From: a virus | Taxonomy: Duplodnaviria; Caudoviricetes | Strand: one strand, 5' to 3' | IMG/VR virus record: IMGVR_UViG_3300046787_000508 | Location: 32,001-96,000 of that record | DNA: 64,000 bases | In this document: positions 47,901 to 57,854 of the stretch, one piece after another | How positions within the stretch are numbered: position 1 is the stretch's first letter | Layout of the letters: each line of letters starts with the position of its first letter | The notes under the pieces: generated by a model | The model's input: only the letters and a program-made list of their open reading frames with translations | Database searches by the model: none | What the model was told of the DNA's origin: nothing | Translations under genes and position numbers: made by a program

Positions 47901-50656
47901 GGAATAAAATGTGTTGCGCCCACTTCTTTAAAAAGTGTGGATAATCTAACTTCACCAACGGTCGAATTTGTACCTTCTTTAACCACTTCATTTGGTGTTA
48001 TTTTATCATCTAAATCAATAAATGGTAATGAGTTTAATAAGAGATACGCCGAACCGACATACTTTTCGTTTATACCACTCTTTGTAAAATCTTTATAGAG
48101 TTGTTTATGAAAGTACGGTGTGTTTAATATATGTTTTGACAGGGTATTACCTGAAATATCTCTAAAATCCATCGTTTGGGTAAAAAGGTTTTCTTGAAAC
48201 TCTTTTTTCGCCCACATTTTTCCGTTAACAGATGAAGTAACAAATGCCTCATTAGTGTCCACTTTTAACATGTTGTTCAATAACAACTCACTATCTTTAT
48301 ATTCTGTGATATTAAGATACGATAAGTAGGTAGATGAGTTAAACGGATATAATGATAATCTATATGGTTCGGGTTTGTAATTACTTAAATCATAAGATAG
48401 TTTATCGTATTCTCCATCAAAATTTAACGTTTTAGATGTTTGAACATATTTTTCAATAAAAAAATCCTGTGATAATAAATCCTTTATATAACTTACCGTC
48501 GGTAATTGGTCTTGATAATAAGGCCACCTATCGAATGCCGAGAATCCCTTCATGTAAGTTTTTAAACTCTCAACGTCCTTTATATTCGTTTTTAAAATGT
48601 CAATAATGTCATAATCACCTTCAATTTGTGATTTCAAATTTGAAAATTCAATATCCGCCAATTGTTGTATTGTTTGATTACTGAAAGAATTAAATGACGT
48701 AGTGTATTTTGCTCTTTCAAAAATTTCATATAGAACAGATGCAATTGATTTATCATAATACGGTACGTATGGTGATAAATAAGTTAATGTACTAATGTCC
48801 TTTTTACTTAATTTAGCAGTATCGGTTTCAAATGTAAAACTGATACTATCGGGATTACCCTCCTTATTTGCCAATGGGTCCGATTTTTTTGTTGACACTT
48901 GGTAGAAATTCTCAACGAAGTCTACTTCAGGCCAAAGATTTCTATCATTGGATTGTAACTTTCCAACCATATCTTTACTACCTGGGTATACTAAAACTGA
49001 ATTTTTACCCCCTGCGGTTTGTTTTTTCACTTCCGGCCAAGGATATATATCATCACCAATACTATCGGTCGATATATTTTTTAATAAATCTTTTCTAACA
49101 TTCGAAGCTTCAAACGCCTTGTAATGTACATCTCGTAATAATCGAATGTAAGCATCGGCGTTTGCAAGAATAACACCAACAATATTTCTTATTGTAGGTT
49201 CAAATCCAATTCCAAGAGTACCATCACTAACGATTGCATTCATTTTCTTTTCGATATTCAATTCAAGTTTGTTTCTTTGTTCAACAAAATCTCTTTGAAT
49301 GTCATAAAGGGTTTCTAATAAGTCATCAATATTAACCCCTACTTTATCTTTAGTTCTATAAAAGTTTTTTAAATTCTTTAATCTCCCAAATGATACAGGA
49401 TGAATATCAAAGTCTAACTTACGTAATAGTTTCTTATCTCTATTTTCACCGAAAGCCTCGTTTTGACTTAATTTATCTGAGTAATTTTTAATAATGGTTT
49501 CTAAAGTTCCTGATGTGGTTGAACCTGTGATAGTTGTTAGTTCAGTCTTTTTGTTGCCCGCTAATTCGTGCCATCTTTTAAAGTAGGTTGTACCATCAGG
49601 TTTTTGAGTTGGAATATCGTCCTCCTCATATACCGCCGATAGATGTTTCGATTTCCAACCGATAATTGCGTTTTCAAATGTCGTTATTGTATCTTCAAAA
49701 TTTTTAATACCTGCAAGTACTTTATGGTCAATAATTTTTGAGAATAATTCCTTTTCTAAAATACTGTTTAATCTACCGGCAATAACAATTACTTCCCTCA
49801 ATGTTCTTGGTGGGAAGTCTTTGGGTAATAATCCTTTATTTATATATTCTTGATAAACCGATTTTAATATACTATAACCTTTTGTTGATTTTGTAACTTT
49901 CTTATCTTGTAATTTGGTATTACCATTAATGTTTCCATCGGTTGTTGTTTCAGTTAAAAACATATATGGTGCATCTAAAATACCTTCCAACGGAATGTCC
50001 GAAAGATAAGCATGAGTTGACCCAATAAATGATGTTGTTACTTCAAAGTTACCATTGGATGAATTATATCTTGAATTAAACTTAACTAAGTGTAATCTGT
50101 ATCTTATCGCCTTACCGTAAAATCCTTTTACCGTTAGATAAAATATTGGCCATGGTAAATGAAAGAATGCTTGATATGGTGAATTTTCAGGTGATTCAAA
50201 TAATGTCTTCCCTCTTACATCAACAAAATTAATGGTAACCCTAGGTACCGCATTGGCACCTGTAATGTCAATTTTTATATTGTCTATACCGAAACCCTGA
50301 CCTGAAGTATCTGACATGATAAAATCATCGTCAATTTTTTTTGTTGCACTATTTTGTTTAATCTCAGTATATGTTTCGGTCCAAGTCGAATCAAAATCTT
50401 TTCCTTGGTTACTCATCATATTGAACGTACCCTTTGCAATTGAAGTAAGAGTGTTTCGTTCATTACCTGACACAAGTATTGAACGGGGAATTAAATCCGC
50501 CTCTAAGTTAACATACATAACCAAATTTTCAGGTTGTATGTCTCTTGGCGATATTTCTCCATTAGATACTACAGTGTTAGGGTCGATAAACATTAAGTTG
50601 TTTTGGTCAACCTTTACTAATATATCATTACTTTTTTTTAAATTATTGTTCCCCAT
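44906..50656 (-). CDS. Large baseplate hub/tail-associated protein (gp27/late-control-D-like C-terminal hub motif)
   Basis: CDVTSLGNVMIQPTMYFYLKNIPLFRGSYWITEVSHNI...ETSFKGTRI is hub-like; next to the gp53-like gene. Confidence 0.65.
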   Translation of the reverse strand: MGNNNLKKSNDILVKVDQNNLMFIDPNTVVSNGEISPRDIQPENLVMYVNLEADLIPRSILVSGNERNTLTSIAKGTFNMMSNQGKDFDSTWTETYTEIKQNSATKKIDDDFIMSDTSGQGFGIDNIKIDITGANAVPRVTINFVDVRGKTLFESPENSPYQAFFHLPWPIFYLTVKGFYGKAIRYRLHLVKFNSRYNSSNGNFEVTTSFIGSTHAYLSDIPLEGILDAPYMFLTETTTDGNINGNTKLQDKKVTKSTKGYSILKSVYQEYINKGLLPKDFPPRTLREVIVIAGRLNSILEKELFSKIIDHKVLAGIKNFEDTITTFENAIIGWKSKHLSAVYEEDDIPTQKPDGTTYFKRWHELAGNKKTELTTITGSTTSGTLETIIKNYSDKLSQNEAFGENRDKKLLRKLDFDIHPVSFGRLKNLKNFYRTKDKVGVNIDDLLETLYDIQRDFVEQRNKLELNIEKKMNAIVSDGTLGIGFEPTIRNIVGVILANADAYIRLLRDVHYKAFEASNVRKDLLKNISTDSIGDDIYPWPEVKKQTAGGKNSVLVYPGSKDMVGKLQSNDRNLWPEVDFVENFYQVSTKKSDPLANKEGNPDSISFTFETDTAKLSKKDISTLTYLSPYVPYYDKSIASVLYEIFERAKYTTSFNSFSNQTIQQLADIEFSNLKSQIEGDYDIIDILKTNIKDVESLKTYMKGFSAFDRWPYYQDQLPTVSYIKDLLSQDFFIEKYVQTSKTLNFDGEYDKLSYDLSNYKPEPYRLSLYPFNSSTYLSYLNITEYKDSELLLNNMLKVDTNEAFVTSSVNGKMWAKKEFQENLFTQTMDFRDISGNTLSKHILNTPYFHKQLYKDFTKSGINEKYVGSAYLLLNSLPFIDLDDKITPNEVVKEGTNSTVGEVRLSTLFKEVGATHFIPYHLILKWGSIYHRYKKFITEGVDIISGTTETINVPLFFDAMSGRTYTLNNGQTVTQSSNDFGICPFYQSVFHQIVNGYTYYNLITGATSFSAAINNNVILLEGQPITGGKRWTTFIDNSKFTKTDTRYTLLPSNGRRYLYNDSSDFEKQNNFRTLWGIDSLPMGEKPINYSGQTLPTYSQYHKTITNKYSISSNYKKIIDLIAVFKSDILDTFEDAFLDFASGKINEEIPYKPYNVKYSKFQDLLKEIVSVKKGVNNPTDINELIPLLITEQTNNLKYITNELLSNENLIKLTLGNPREINNYVLGGFTGIDNQTFSVNEFNASQLTDNLDNIKLFLGEDISGDYLNFFVNNNIELSEDNIKQFRSIIHIYAGYIQNLKNEYIRLNPTDVNYNSFVYPPKSAFINYLSVNLISGPVNPVTNVSTMNDRLSLFLTRFVSKIQKELEVKKGTQVLNIVNGYNDDPVKLELYNYFKSFNDKWIAGNSIGQRGLLEEFLFIDKANKDIGDKVFLDMERLVNLVDKKNDKINLYSALSLLIQDSGFDMRALPAYVNFYGTNFTNKKKITPTKKVAESLFGTFLEVDYQESSPKIILQYIGPTSKHLELSDINKKYKYKDDSFNVGDPNNNPILVANDAFLNTDYSKANKVVAFEVSFGDQNQSMFKSVQLDQSSIKNTSESFKIMERLGQQETGSSTAQIDIGLFDIYRQSSYTCDVTSLGNVMIQPTMYFYLKNIPLFRGSYWITEVSHNIRAGNIETSFKGTRIPIQSLPNPEDSFLASYRSLFDKLVKKAVTRVKSENLQLQNAKGTEKVIQNEEGTFTIDISSKTPIKGEELVNQTNYKEYGIPFNGKDGEKYVQLITLNKEEWLRANVVQMGGKNYPIADDINMSYVSKLNKSIDTPILLKWSDIKDNKQMYYSTKFNVGKATPDFVVDKFKKTEFLNPTANIRYTLDTNINVTNKKYEGPVNVGPSINGYGIGMSKALLDKLKLFDGDIVYFKMTE

Positions 50657-50969
50657 AATATAGTTTATACAGTTCTATGTTTTTTCTATAATCTTGTAAG
50701 GACGGAACAAGTGGAAATGGAATCCTCATAACAAAGTTATTAGGTATTTCAAATTCGATTCCACCCGCAGTTGGGTTGGCCTGTAAAATTAACCAACCAA
50801 ATAACGGTGTGTCATAATATTCTTGTGACATCTTATCCAATCTATCTTTATTTTTTTTAAATTGAACGTATTTGTCTGTTGACTTAATAGGTAATTCAAT
50901 TCCCGGTACAATTTTAAAATTACCGTCTTCCAAAAAATATTGGTATCTATCTATGTATTGACTATTCAT
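50643..50969 (-). CDS. LysM-like baseplate wedge protein (T4 gp53/tail X-like)
   Basis: DRLDKMSQEYYDTPLFGWLILQANP...MRIP pattern. Confidence 0.8.
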   Translation of the reverse strand: MNSQYIDRYQYFLEDGNFKIVPGIELPIKSTDKYVQFKKNKDRLDKMSQEYYDTPLFGWLILQANPTAGGIEFEIPNNFVMRIPFPLVPSLQDYRKNIELYKLYYGEQ

Positions 50970-53900
50970 TATCTTACGTAATTTAATGTATCAGTTGATT
51001 TCACTTTTCCTGTGGTGTTCACTTTTACTAATTGTTCCTTTTGTGTATCATTAAATGTAAAGGTTTCATTTGTAATATTAAATGAAACTTTATTACTATC
51101 CTTCTGAATTGGGTATTTTTTTACTTTTAAATCCTTTTCTTTTGGTGTAACCATAAATTTATTAAGTCTTTTTTCAATATCAGCTAAAATCCTTTTTGTA
51201 AAAATGGTTTCATCTTTCGTGTATAATCCCTTTATTTCCTGTATTGAATCTTTCAATAGAATTGATAGGAAATTCGTCATATCTTCGGTTGTCATTGTGG
51301 ACGTACTTTCAAAAATATATGAATCATCTAAATCTTCATAAAATTTACTTTGTTTATCACGTATGAATTTTATGTTGTTGTCATATTTTGAATAGAGTTT
51401 ATCATAGGTAAAACCAGATAATTCAGCACCAATGTATTGGTCCTTATCTACTTTACCGTCATGACCCGTTTCAACTAAGAAATTTACCTTATCTAAAGTT
51501 AAAATTAAATCGTTTCTACTTTTTTCAATGTCAACAATCGATTTATTACTTGAGAACGTGTCAATCATTTCACTAACTTTTTTAATAATGAATGGTTTTA
51601 AAATCTCTTCCGATTTCTTAACAACAGGTTCCGTCATATCTCTATCAAACTTAAACATTTCGGTCATACTTTCACTTTCAATTTTACTAATAAAAATTTG
51701 TTTGAAGTCATTAGCCATTACCGATAGTTCTTTATTTTTTACATAATCACCGAATAACTGAATTGTTTCAGTACCCGCACCTGTTTGTACCGTATAGTTT
51801 CTTATTGTTCTATATGTTGGTGATAGGAACATCGATGATAACGTATCCCCATATTGTTTAACAATGTTATTATACCCCGTAATATACGTTTTAGTATAAT
51901 TCTCGGTATCCTTAAACACTTGTTTTACTAAATCTGTGTAATCTAAAGTTTTATCATTTAAAGTTCCAATGTATTTCCCTTCAGTTACTTTATTGGTTTG
52001 TGTTAATGCATCAACCGCGTTTGGTTTTACTTCTGAAGGTTTAGATAAATTTAAAGTTTGTAAAAACTCTTTTGTAAATTTACTTCTATCTTCAGTTGCC
52101 GTTGCTCTTGGGTCATACACTTCACTATTTGCAAAGAAATTGGAAGATAACGCGTTCTGTAATCTCTCCACAGGTTTTTCCATACCTTGTCCACCAATAA
52201 AACTAATACTCAATGTAGCGGTCGCAATCATTGGTTGAACTCCGATACCTTCAGGATTTAAATCCCATGTACCTTCGTCAAATGAGAAGTTCACGTCACG
52301 GATAATAATTTTTGAGTGGTAGAAATCACCAACTCTCAATACACAAATAGGTGGAGGACCAAATGTAGTGTTTCTCGCATTTATATCACTCTCATCTGAT
52401 ATTCCTTTAATGGGTATAGTGTCTCCGGGTCTAATACATTGTTGTAAAAATGTTAGACGTGAGTTTAAACCCTCAGGTGTTGTTGAGTGGAAACCAGGGT
52501 GAAAGTATCTTAACTTTTCTTTTAACGAGTTAAATTGAACCGGTGAATCTTCCTCTAAAATTTTAAAGTAATGACATTCAGAAAGAACTTTCATTACAAT
52601 ATTTTTAAGTGGGTCAATACTTGGTTTTCTATCTTTCGCTTTTGGTTTTTCCTCGTATGGTACCAATCTTGTTTTAGGAACCTCAGTTATAGATGGTGGT
52701 GGTGTCGTTGCCGGTACATCCGGTGGTTTAACCGAATAGTTAACCTCAAATGTTGTTTCTCTACACCAAAATGTTATCGGTGCAGTTCTTTTAAGGTCAT
52801 TTGACGTTGTTACCAATTTATTATCACTACAATCGACATTTTTATGACTACCGATTGAACCGTTTGTTAATTGTTCACCAATATTTGAAACATATTCAAT
52901 TGTAAATTTACCTTCATTGTCAGTATATCCGAAATCTTTTAAAGATATTTCAATTGCACTTTCTTTAGCTGACTTATCTTTAGTTGTTACAACGTTTTTC
53001 CATTTAACTTTATCTAAAGCGGTTGTTGTTCCGTCTTTAGATATTTTTGTAATTAAATCGGTAATAATACTATAACTTCTTCTGTATGCTAATTTTAAAT
53101 TATAATTGTCGTCAGCAACCGCAGATGTGGTTGATGATAGTTTAATTTTAATATCTTTAACTGTTTTATCTGTTAATCCCTTTTTAAGTTCCTCATACTT
53201 TTCATTTACTTTAGGGTATGTCGTACTTAACTCATTAAATGCATCATCTATCTGTTTTTCAACTTCAGTTTTTAATGCCGGTACTTCAGATATGTTTGGT
53301 TTTGTTGGCGATTCTTTTCCAAATAAAATTTTATAATCTTTTTTAGATTTTGGTCCCCACGTACCGTTAACCAATAAGTTATCTAAACCTTGGTTTAATT
53401 CTTTTTTATATTCACCTTCCTTTAACAACATGTAATGGTCAAACTCTTTTTGGTATGTTGTGTCAGAATATAAATCACCTTTAGAACTACCTTTTGTTGG
53501 GTAATCGTTAGGGAAATATAACGTCGCTGAAAAACTCTTAGGGTCTGTTTTATTTGGGTCGGTATTTGGTACCGCACCTCCATTATCAGGTGTTCCAGGA
53601 TTTTCAATTGGGTCTGTTACACTTGTAAATTGTGTAATTGTTTGTGGGTCGTTATTTCCATTTAAAAATGCCTGTATTGTAGTAATATCTGTTTGACTTA
53701 AAGTTACATACTTTCGAATCAAATCGTAAAAATCTACGTCTTGACATCCCGCAAAAAACGCATTAATGTAATTTTCAGACTCCTCATCTGACATCCCTTT
53801 AAAGTGTTCTCTTACCAATAAGTTTAATACACTTGGGTGGTCAACAACAATCTTAAAACTAATTTGTCCCGTTCTTTCAGTATTTTGATACGTGTAAACA

Positions 53901-55726
53901 GGTTCAGGTCGACCTAAGAAAGTGTTAGTTTCCCACTTAGCACTGTTGTTCTCACTAATTTTTAAATCATAAGGTGGGAACCACATAACACGACCTCCGT
54001 TTGGGCCTCTTTCACAATATGGTAAATCGTTATAACTAAATCCAGGTAAGTTAGATGTTTTCCAAGCTAAGTTTTCAATAGAAAACATGTATTTTTTTGC
54101 ATAAAATCCGTCACCTTTACCTTTAACGATATTTGATTCGGGTCCAAAGTCTTTGTTTCCATTAGACATTGGCGCGATATTCAAGTTCCACGGTTTGGTT
54201 AAAACGCTACTACCGTACTTTCTAATAAGTCCAGTTCTTTTCATGGTGTCAGAATTGTTCATATAAGACCTATCCTTGGTCCAAACTCTACAATACTCAA
54301 TTCCACCTTCCTCTTTAGTAAACTTGTCAACATACTTAACTGCAGACCCTCTGGACATCATTGTATCACCTTCCTTAAAGATTCTACTTGTTTGGTCGAT
54401 AACATTCGCAACGTGTGAACGTGCTGCAGCTCCATTCGTTGGCATTGAATCAAGAATATCCTGAGTCGTGTCTAATATTGACCCATTTCTAAAGTTATAG
54501 TTAGTTGATAAACTTTCCGAAAATTGTGATTTCTCACTTGGGAACTCTTTGTTACCGACTCCTAATTTATTTTTTGATGAACGACTAATCCACGTTAATT
54601 TACCTCCAATTCCTCCACCTTCAGAAATATTTCGTTTTCTTCCAAATAAATCCGCCTGTATTGGGTCGAACATAACACTAAGATAGTAATTGCTTCTAAC
54701 TGGTCTATCATTAAAGTCATTCATTGCATATTTTACATCATCACTTCTATCGTCACCAATATATGCATATTTTGTTGGTGCCTCGACACCTAAAACGTTT
54801 TTAACACCTTGAGCTAAATTATCAATAAAATTAAATAATTTAGATGAATTTTGAGACCTTGCTGTTGTCGTGTAGTTTGGTCCGTATTTTGAATATGATA
54901 AATTATCAAATAACGCAATTTTTTGTCCCGAACCAAGATATTCAATCATTAAATCTGAAGGTTTCCTTGAAACTTTTGGCCTTCTATCAATACCAATTAA
55001 AGAACCCAATGCTCCCGTTACGTCTTGGTATATTTTACCTAACTCAGTTTTTGCCTCAGGTCTATAGTTTACCGGATTTCTTGGGTTAGATAAGTAATCG
55101 CCAGGTATTTCCGACCATGGAAATTCAACACCCACGACTGTTTGTACAAAATCAATTGCTTTACCCGGTAAAGTTTTTGCTACGGTTATTTTCGTATTAC
55201 CTTCAACAAGTGGTTCTCTACCTGTAATAATATTAATCGCTGTAGTTGTGTTTCCTTGTAATGCGTCTATTAATCTTACTCGACCAACAGTTGCTGCGTA
55301 TAAGTTTTGTTGTATTCTCGCTAATAATGGACCTTGTGGGTCTGTTTTAATATATGATGACGCAAATTTGAACAATTCAGATTCATTATCATAATTTGAT
55401 GTGGTTAATATACCAATTAAATTATGGTCTTGGTCTCTTTCAAAATATGGGTATAAATTTAAGTTTGCTCTTCTTGGTAATGTGTTGATACCATCTCTAA
55501 CCGAATATTGTAATGGTTTAAAAATGTTACCATTTTGTGTGTTAACCAAATATTGTGGTAAATTATTCTCTACAGTTCCAGGGTCAACGTTTGACATGTT
55601 ACTTAAAGATTGAACAGCATAATTTGAAGAACTACTAGTCTGAGGACCATTAGGAGATTGAAGAGTCTTACCCAAAATGTAATCTCTAAAGTTTTTTGTA
55701 GTATCGAAATCTAAGTAACTTGGCAT
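50969..55726 (-). CDS. Tail tube initiator/hub-type protein with an internal OmpA-like domain
   Basis: FPPYDLKISENNSAKWETNTFLGRPEPVYTYQNTERTGQISF and a second PPICVLRVGDF module; LYFPND...YNLKLAYRRSYSI is OmpA-like. Confidence 0.65.
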   Translation of the reverse strand: MPSYLDFDTTKNFRDYILGKTLQSPNGPQTSSSSNYAVQSLSNMSNVDPGTVENNLPQYLVNTQNGNIFKPLQYSVRDGINTLPRRANLNLYPYFERDQDHNLIGILTTSNYDNESELFKFASSYIKTDPQGPLLARIQQNLYAATVGRVRLIDALQGNTTTAINIITGREPLVEGNTKITVAKTLPGKAIDFVQTVVGVEFPWSEIPGDYLSNPRNPVNYRPEAKTELGKIYQDVTGALGSLIGIDRRPKVSRKPSDLMIEYLGSGQKIALFDNLSYSKYGPNYTTTARSQNSSKLFNFIDNLAQGVKNVLGVEAPTKYAYIGDDRSDDVKYAMNDFNDRPVRSNYYLSVMFDPIQADLFGRKRNISEGGGIGGKLTWISRSSKNKLGVGNKEFPSEKSQFSESLSTNYNFRNGSILDTTQDILDSMPTNGAAARSHVANVIDQTSRIFKEGDTMMSRGSAVKYVDKFTKEEGGIEYCRVWTKDRSYMNNSDTMKRTGLIRKYGSSVLTKPWNLNIAPMSNGNKDFGPESNIVKGKGDGFYAKKYMFSIENLAWKTSNLPGFSYNDLPYCERGPNGGRVMWFPPYDLKISENNSAKWETNTFLGRPEPVYTYQNTERTGQISFKIVVDHPSVLNLLVREHFKGMSDEESENYINAFFAGCQDVDFYDLIRKYVTLSQTDITTIQAFLNGNNDPQTITQFTSVTDPIENPGTPDNGGAVPNTDPNKTDPKSFSATLYFPNDYPTKGSSKGDLYSDTTYQKEFDHYMLLKEGEYKKELNQGLDNLLVNGTWGPKSKKDYKILFGKESPTKPNISEVPALKTEVEKQIDDAFNELSTTYPKVNEKYEELKKGLTDKTVKDIKIKLSSTTSAVADDNYNLKLAYRRSYSIITDLITKISKDGTTTALDKVKWKNVVTTKDKSAKESAIEISLKDFGYTDNEGKFTIEYVSNIGEQLTNGSIGSHKNVDCSDNKLVTTSNDLKRTAPITFWCRETTFEVNYSVKPPDVPATTPPPSITEVPKTRLVPYEEKPKAKDRKPSIDPLKNIVMKVLSECHYFKILEEDSPVQFNSLKEKLRYFHPGFHSTTPEGLNSRLTFLQQCIRPGDTIPIKGISDESDINARNTTFGPPPICVLRVGDFYHSKIIIRDVNFSFDEGTWDLNPEGIGVQPMIATATLSISFIGGQGMEKPVERLQNALSSNFFANSEVYDPRATATEDRSKFTKEFLQTLNLSKPSEVKPNAVDALTQTNKVTEGKYIGTLNDKTLDYTDLVKQVFKDTENYTKTYITGYNNIVKQYGDTLSSMFLSPTYRTIRNYTVQTGAGTETIQLFGDYVKNKELSVMANDFKQIFISKIESESMTEMFKFDRDMTEPVVKKSEEILKPFIIKKVSEMIDTFSSNKSIVDIEKSRNDLILTLDKVNFLVETGHDGKVDKDQYIGAELSGFTYDKLYSKYDNNIKFIRDKQSKFYEDLDDSYIFESTSTMTTEDMTNFLSILLKDSIQEIKGLYTKDETIFTKRILADIEKRLNKFMVTPKEKDLKVKKYPIQKDSNKVSFNITNETFTFNDTQKEQLVKVNTTGKVKSTDTLNYVR

Positions 55727-55767
55727 CTTATTCTTTTATATGATAAATAGGTGTTTATGAAAAATTA

Positions 55768-57654
55768 CTAATTGGCATTAAGGTATGAACCCTTAATTTG
55801 ACCTTGGAAGTACGCATCGTTGAACATTTCTCTCATAATACCATCGGTTAATGTGTTATTTGATGTTATTTTTAATTCCACTTCTTTTTTCTCAATTGGT
55901 TTTTCAGTAACTTTTTGTGTTTTATCTTCGGTTTTCTTAATTTCCTCTTTAGTGTTAATTGGGGTTGTTTTACCTGTAACAGTACCTTTTTGATTTGATT
56001 CTTTTGTACTTGAAAATACATCTGTCGCTATCGTTCTAATAACATTGGCGGTGTCCTCAGTCCCCTTAGCTACTTTGTTAGCAATTTCTTTTGATTCGAT
56101 TGCCATTTTCATTGGGTCAAATCCCAATTGTTTTACTAAACTATCACCTAATTTACCTGCCTCAACTCTTGCCTTGGCGGCGATAAATGATACATCACGA
56201 TTAATGTTCTCAATTGCACTAACTTGTTTTGTTGCAATTTCCTCTGCTGACATTTTCTTAAACGCCTCTCTTTGGTTTAATAGAATATTTTTTTGATTGT
56301 CACTCATGGATTCTAATGCCACGGTACTACCTCCCAATTGGTCTTGTAAACTTTTTGGTACTTCAATTACCATTTTACCGTCTTTCATTTGAGCCATGTT
56401 AGTAAGGAATTCTCTATCATCATCCTCCATCACTAACCCTGTTGACATTAATTCACTAGCCGCAGACATTCTTTGAGCCGAATTAACCGCTAAATCAGAT
56501 AATTGTTTAAAATCTTGTCCGGTAGCACTTGCAATTGCTCTTACTTGTCTTAAATTTGCTCCTGTTACTTCAAATCGACCTGTTTGTTGGTTGAACGTTG
56601 CTAAACCTTTAACCGTTCCGGCTAATGCATCTTGTAAACCATTCATATCGTTGGTTGTCATATACATTAATTTAAGAGGGTCGTTCATTGCACCAAATGC
56701 TCCTCCAACTGCCGATAATTGTGCCGCCAATTCCATTGCCCCTTCGGGTTCAAATGCTTTATCGGCTAAAGCGGTGACCATCGAGAAGTCCATTTTTAAT
56801 GATTGTGCCTTCTGAGCCATTTTGGTTAAACCTTCAATTCCATTTTTGAAACCATATTGATTTAACAATCCTATATTTTGACCAACCTTACTGATTGTTT
56901 CTTTTGAATTTAAACCTAACTCTAGTGAACTTTTACTTGCATCTTGGATATAGTCCATTGTATCTTTAACGCCCATGGAAACTCTTTGAAAATCGTTTGC
57001 CATTTGTGCGGCACCTGACATTCCCCCCTCAACAAACTTACTTGATAGTTCCATATCACGAATAGTATCGGCATTGACTAATCTAAATCTACCTGAATCG
57101 GCAACTAAACTTGTCATTGTTTGTGATAACTCAGAAAAAGATATTCCTAATCTTTGAGCGTCAGGATATGCTTCGGTAATTTCTTCTCTAAATGCTTTAG
57201 ATAATTCTCCGGTCATCATTGTTCCCGAATTAATATCTTGTAATAAAGCGTTTTGTTGTTTGTAGTTGTCAACTAATGCGGTACCGGCTTGTGAAACCGC
57301 ATCTTTTGCTATGTCACCTAACGATTTTAATTTATTATTCGCATCGAATAACATATTAATCGCAGTTTCAATTGTTGCATTCTCACTTGTTGAACCGTAA
57401 TCTTTTCCTGATTGACTTTTTAACCCCTCTCTTACCGCTTGTAAAATACCCTTTGGTGCACTTGACGTTGGTCCACTTGTTGTGGTTGTTGGGTTAGATG
57501 ATGTACTTGGAGCAACACTATTATCGGTTGTTCTATAAAAGTTATACGCAGCCGACATATCCGATACACTTGCGTTCGGATTTGTCTTTTTATATTCGTT
57601 AAAAAATTCGGTTTGCCTTCCCGATTTGGCGAGTTGGGATAATTTATCGTTCAT
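55768..57654 (-). CDS. Tape measure protein
   Basis: Ala/Gly/Leu/Met-rich helical protein directly downstream of the tube and chaperone genes. Confidence 0.8.
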   Translation of the reverse strand: MNDKLSQLAKSGRQTEFFNEYKKTNPNASVSDMSAAYNFYRTTDNSVAPSTSSNPTTTTSGPTSSAPKGILQAVREGLKSQSGKDYGSTSENATIETAINMLFDANNKLKSLGDIAKDAVSQAGTALVDNYKQQNALLQDINSGTMMTGELSKAFREEITEAYPDAQRLGISFSELSQTMTSLVADSGRFRLVNADTIRDMELSSKFVEGGMSGAAQMANDFQRVSMGVKDTMDYIQDASKSSLELGLNSKETISKVGQNIGLLNQYGFKNGIEGLTKMAQKAQSLKMDFSMVTALADKAFEPEGAMELAAQLSAVGGAFGAMNDPLKLMYMTTNDMNGLQDALAGTVKGLATFNQQTGRFEVTGANLRQVRAIASATGQDFKQLSDLAVNSAQRMSAASELMSTGLVMEDDDREFLTNMAQMKDGKMVIEVPKSLQDQLGGSTVALESMSDNQKNILLNQREAFKKMSAEEIATKQVSAIENINRDVSFIAAKARVEAGKLGDSLVKQLGFDPMKMAIESKEIANKVAKGTEDTANVIRTIATDVFSSTKESNQKGTVTGKTTPINTKEEIKKTEDKTQKVTEKPIEKKEVELKITSNNTLTDGIMREMFNDAYFQGQIKGSYLNAN

Positions 57655-57658
57655 ACCT

Positions 57659-57666
57659 TATAAATA
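57659..57666 (-). promoter_or_regulatory. Late-promoter-like motif TATTTATA
   Basis: 4 nt upstream of the tape measure ATG. Confidence 0.6.
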
Positions 57667-57671
57667 GATTG

Positions 57672-57854
57672 TTAATCGTTTCCACTTTCAATTTCTATCA
57701 AGTATTGAACGTAATATCGTCTAACATAAACAGGCATTGAGATAATATCTGAGTATGAGAATCCTCTTTTTACTAAATATAGTATCTCATCGAGCTGACC
57801 TTTCCTATAATCCGTAGAAAGGGCGAAAAAACTCAACCCCGAATCCAACTTCAA
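57672..57854 (-). CDS. Tail assembly chaperone second part (T4 gp51/lambda gpT-like), probably expressed as a frameshift fusion
   Basis: LDEILYLVKRGFSYSDIISMPVYVRRYY is gp51-like. The only possible start is a TTG inside the upstream gene, and the ORF lies in the +1 frame. Confidence 0.7.
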   Translation of the reverse strand: MKLDSGLSFFALSTDYRKGQLDEILYLVKRGFSYSDIISMPVYVRRYYVQYLIEIESGND

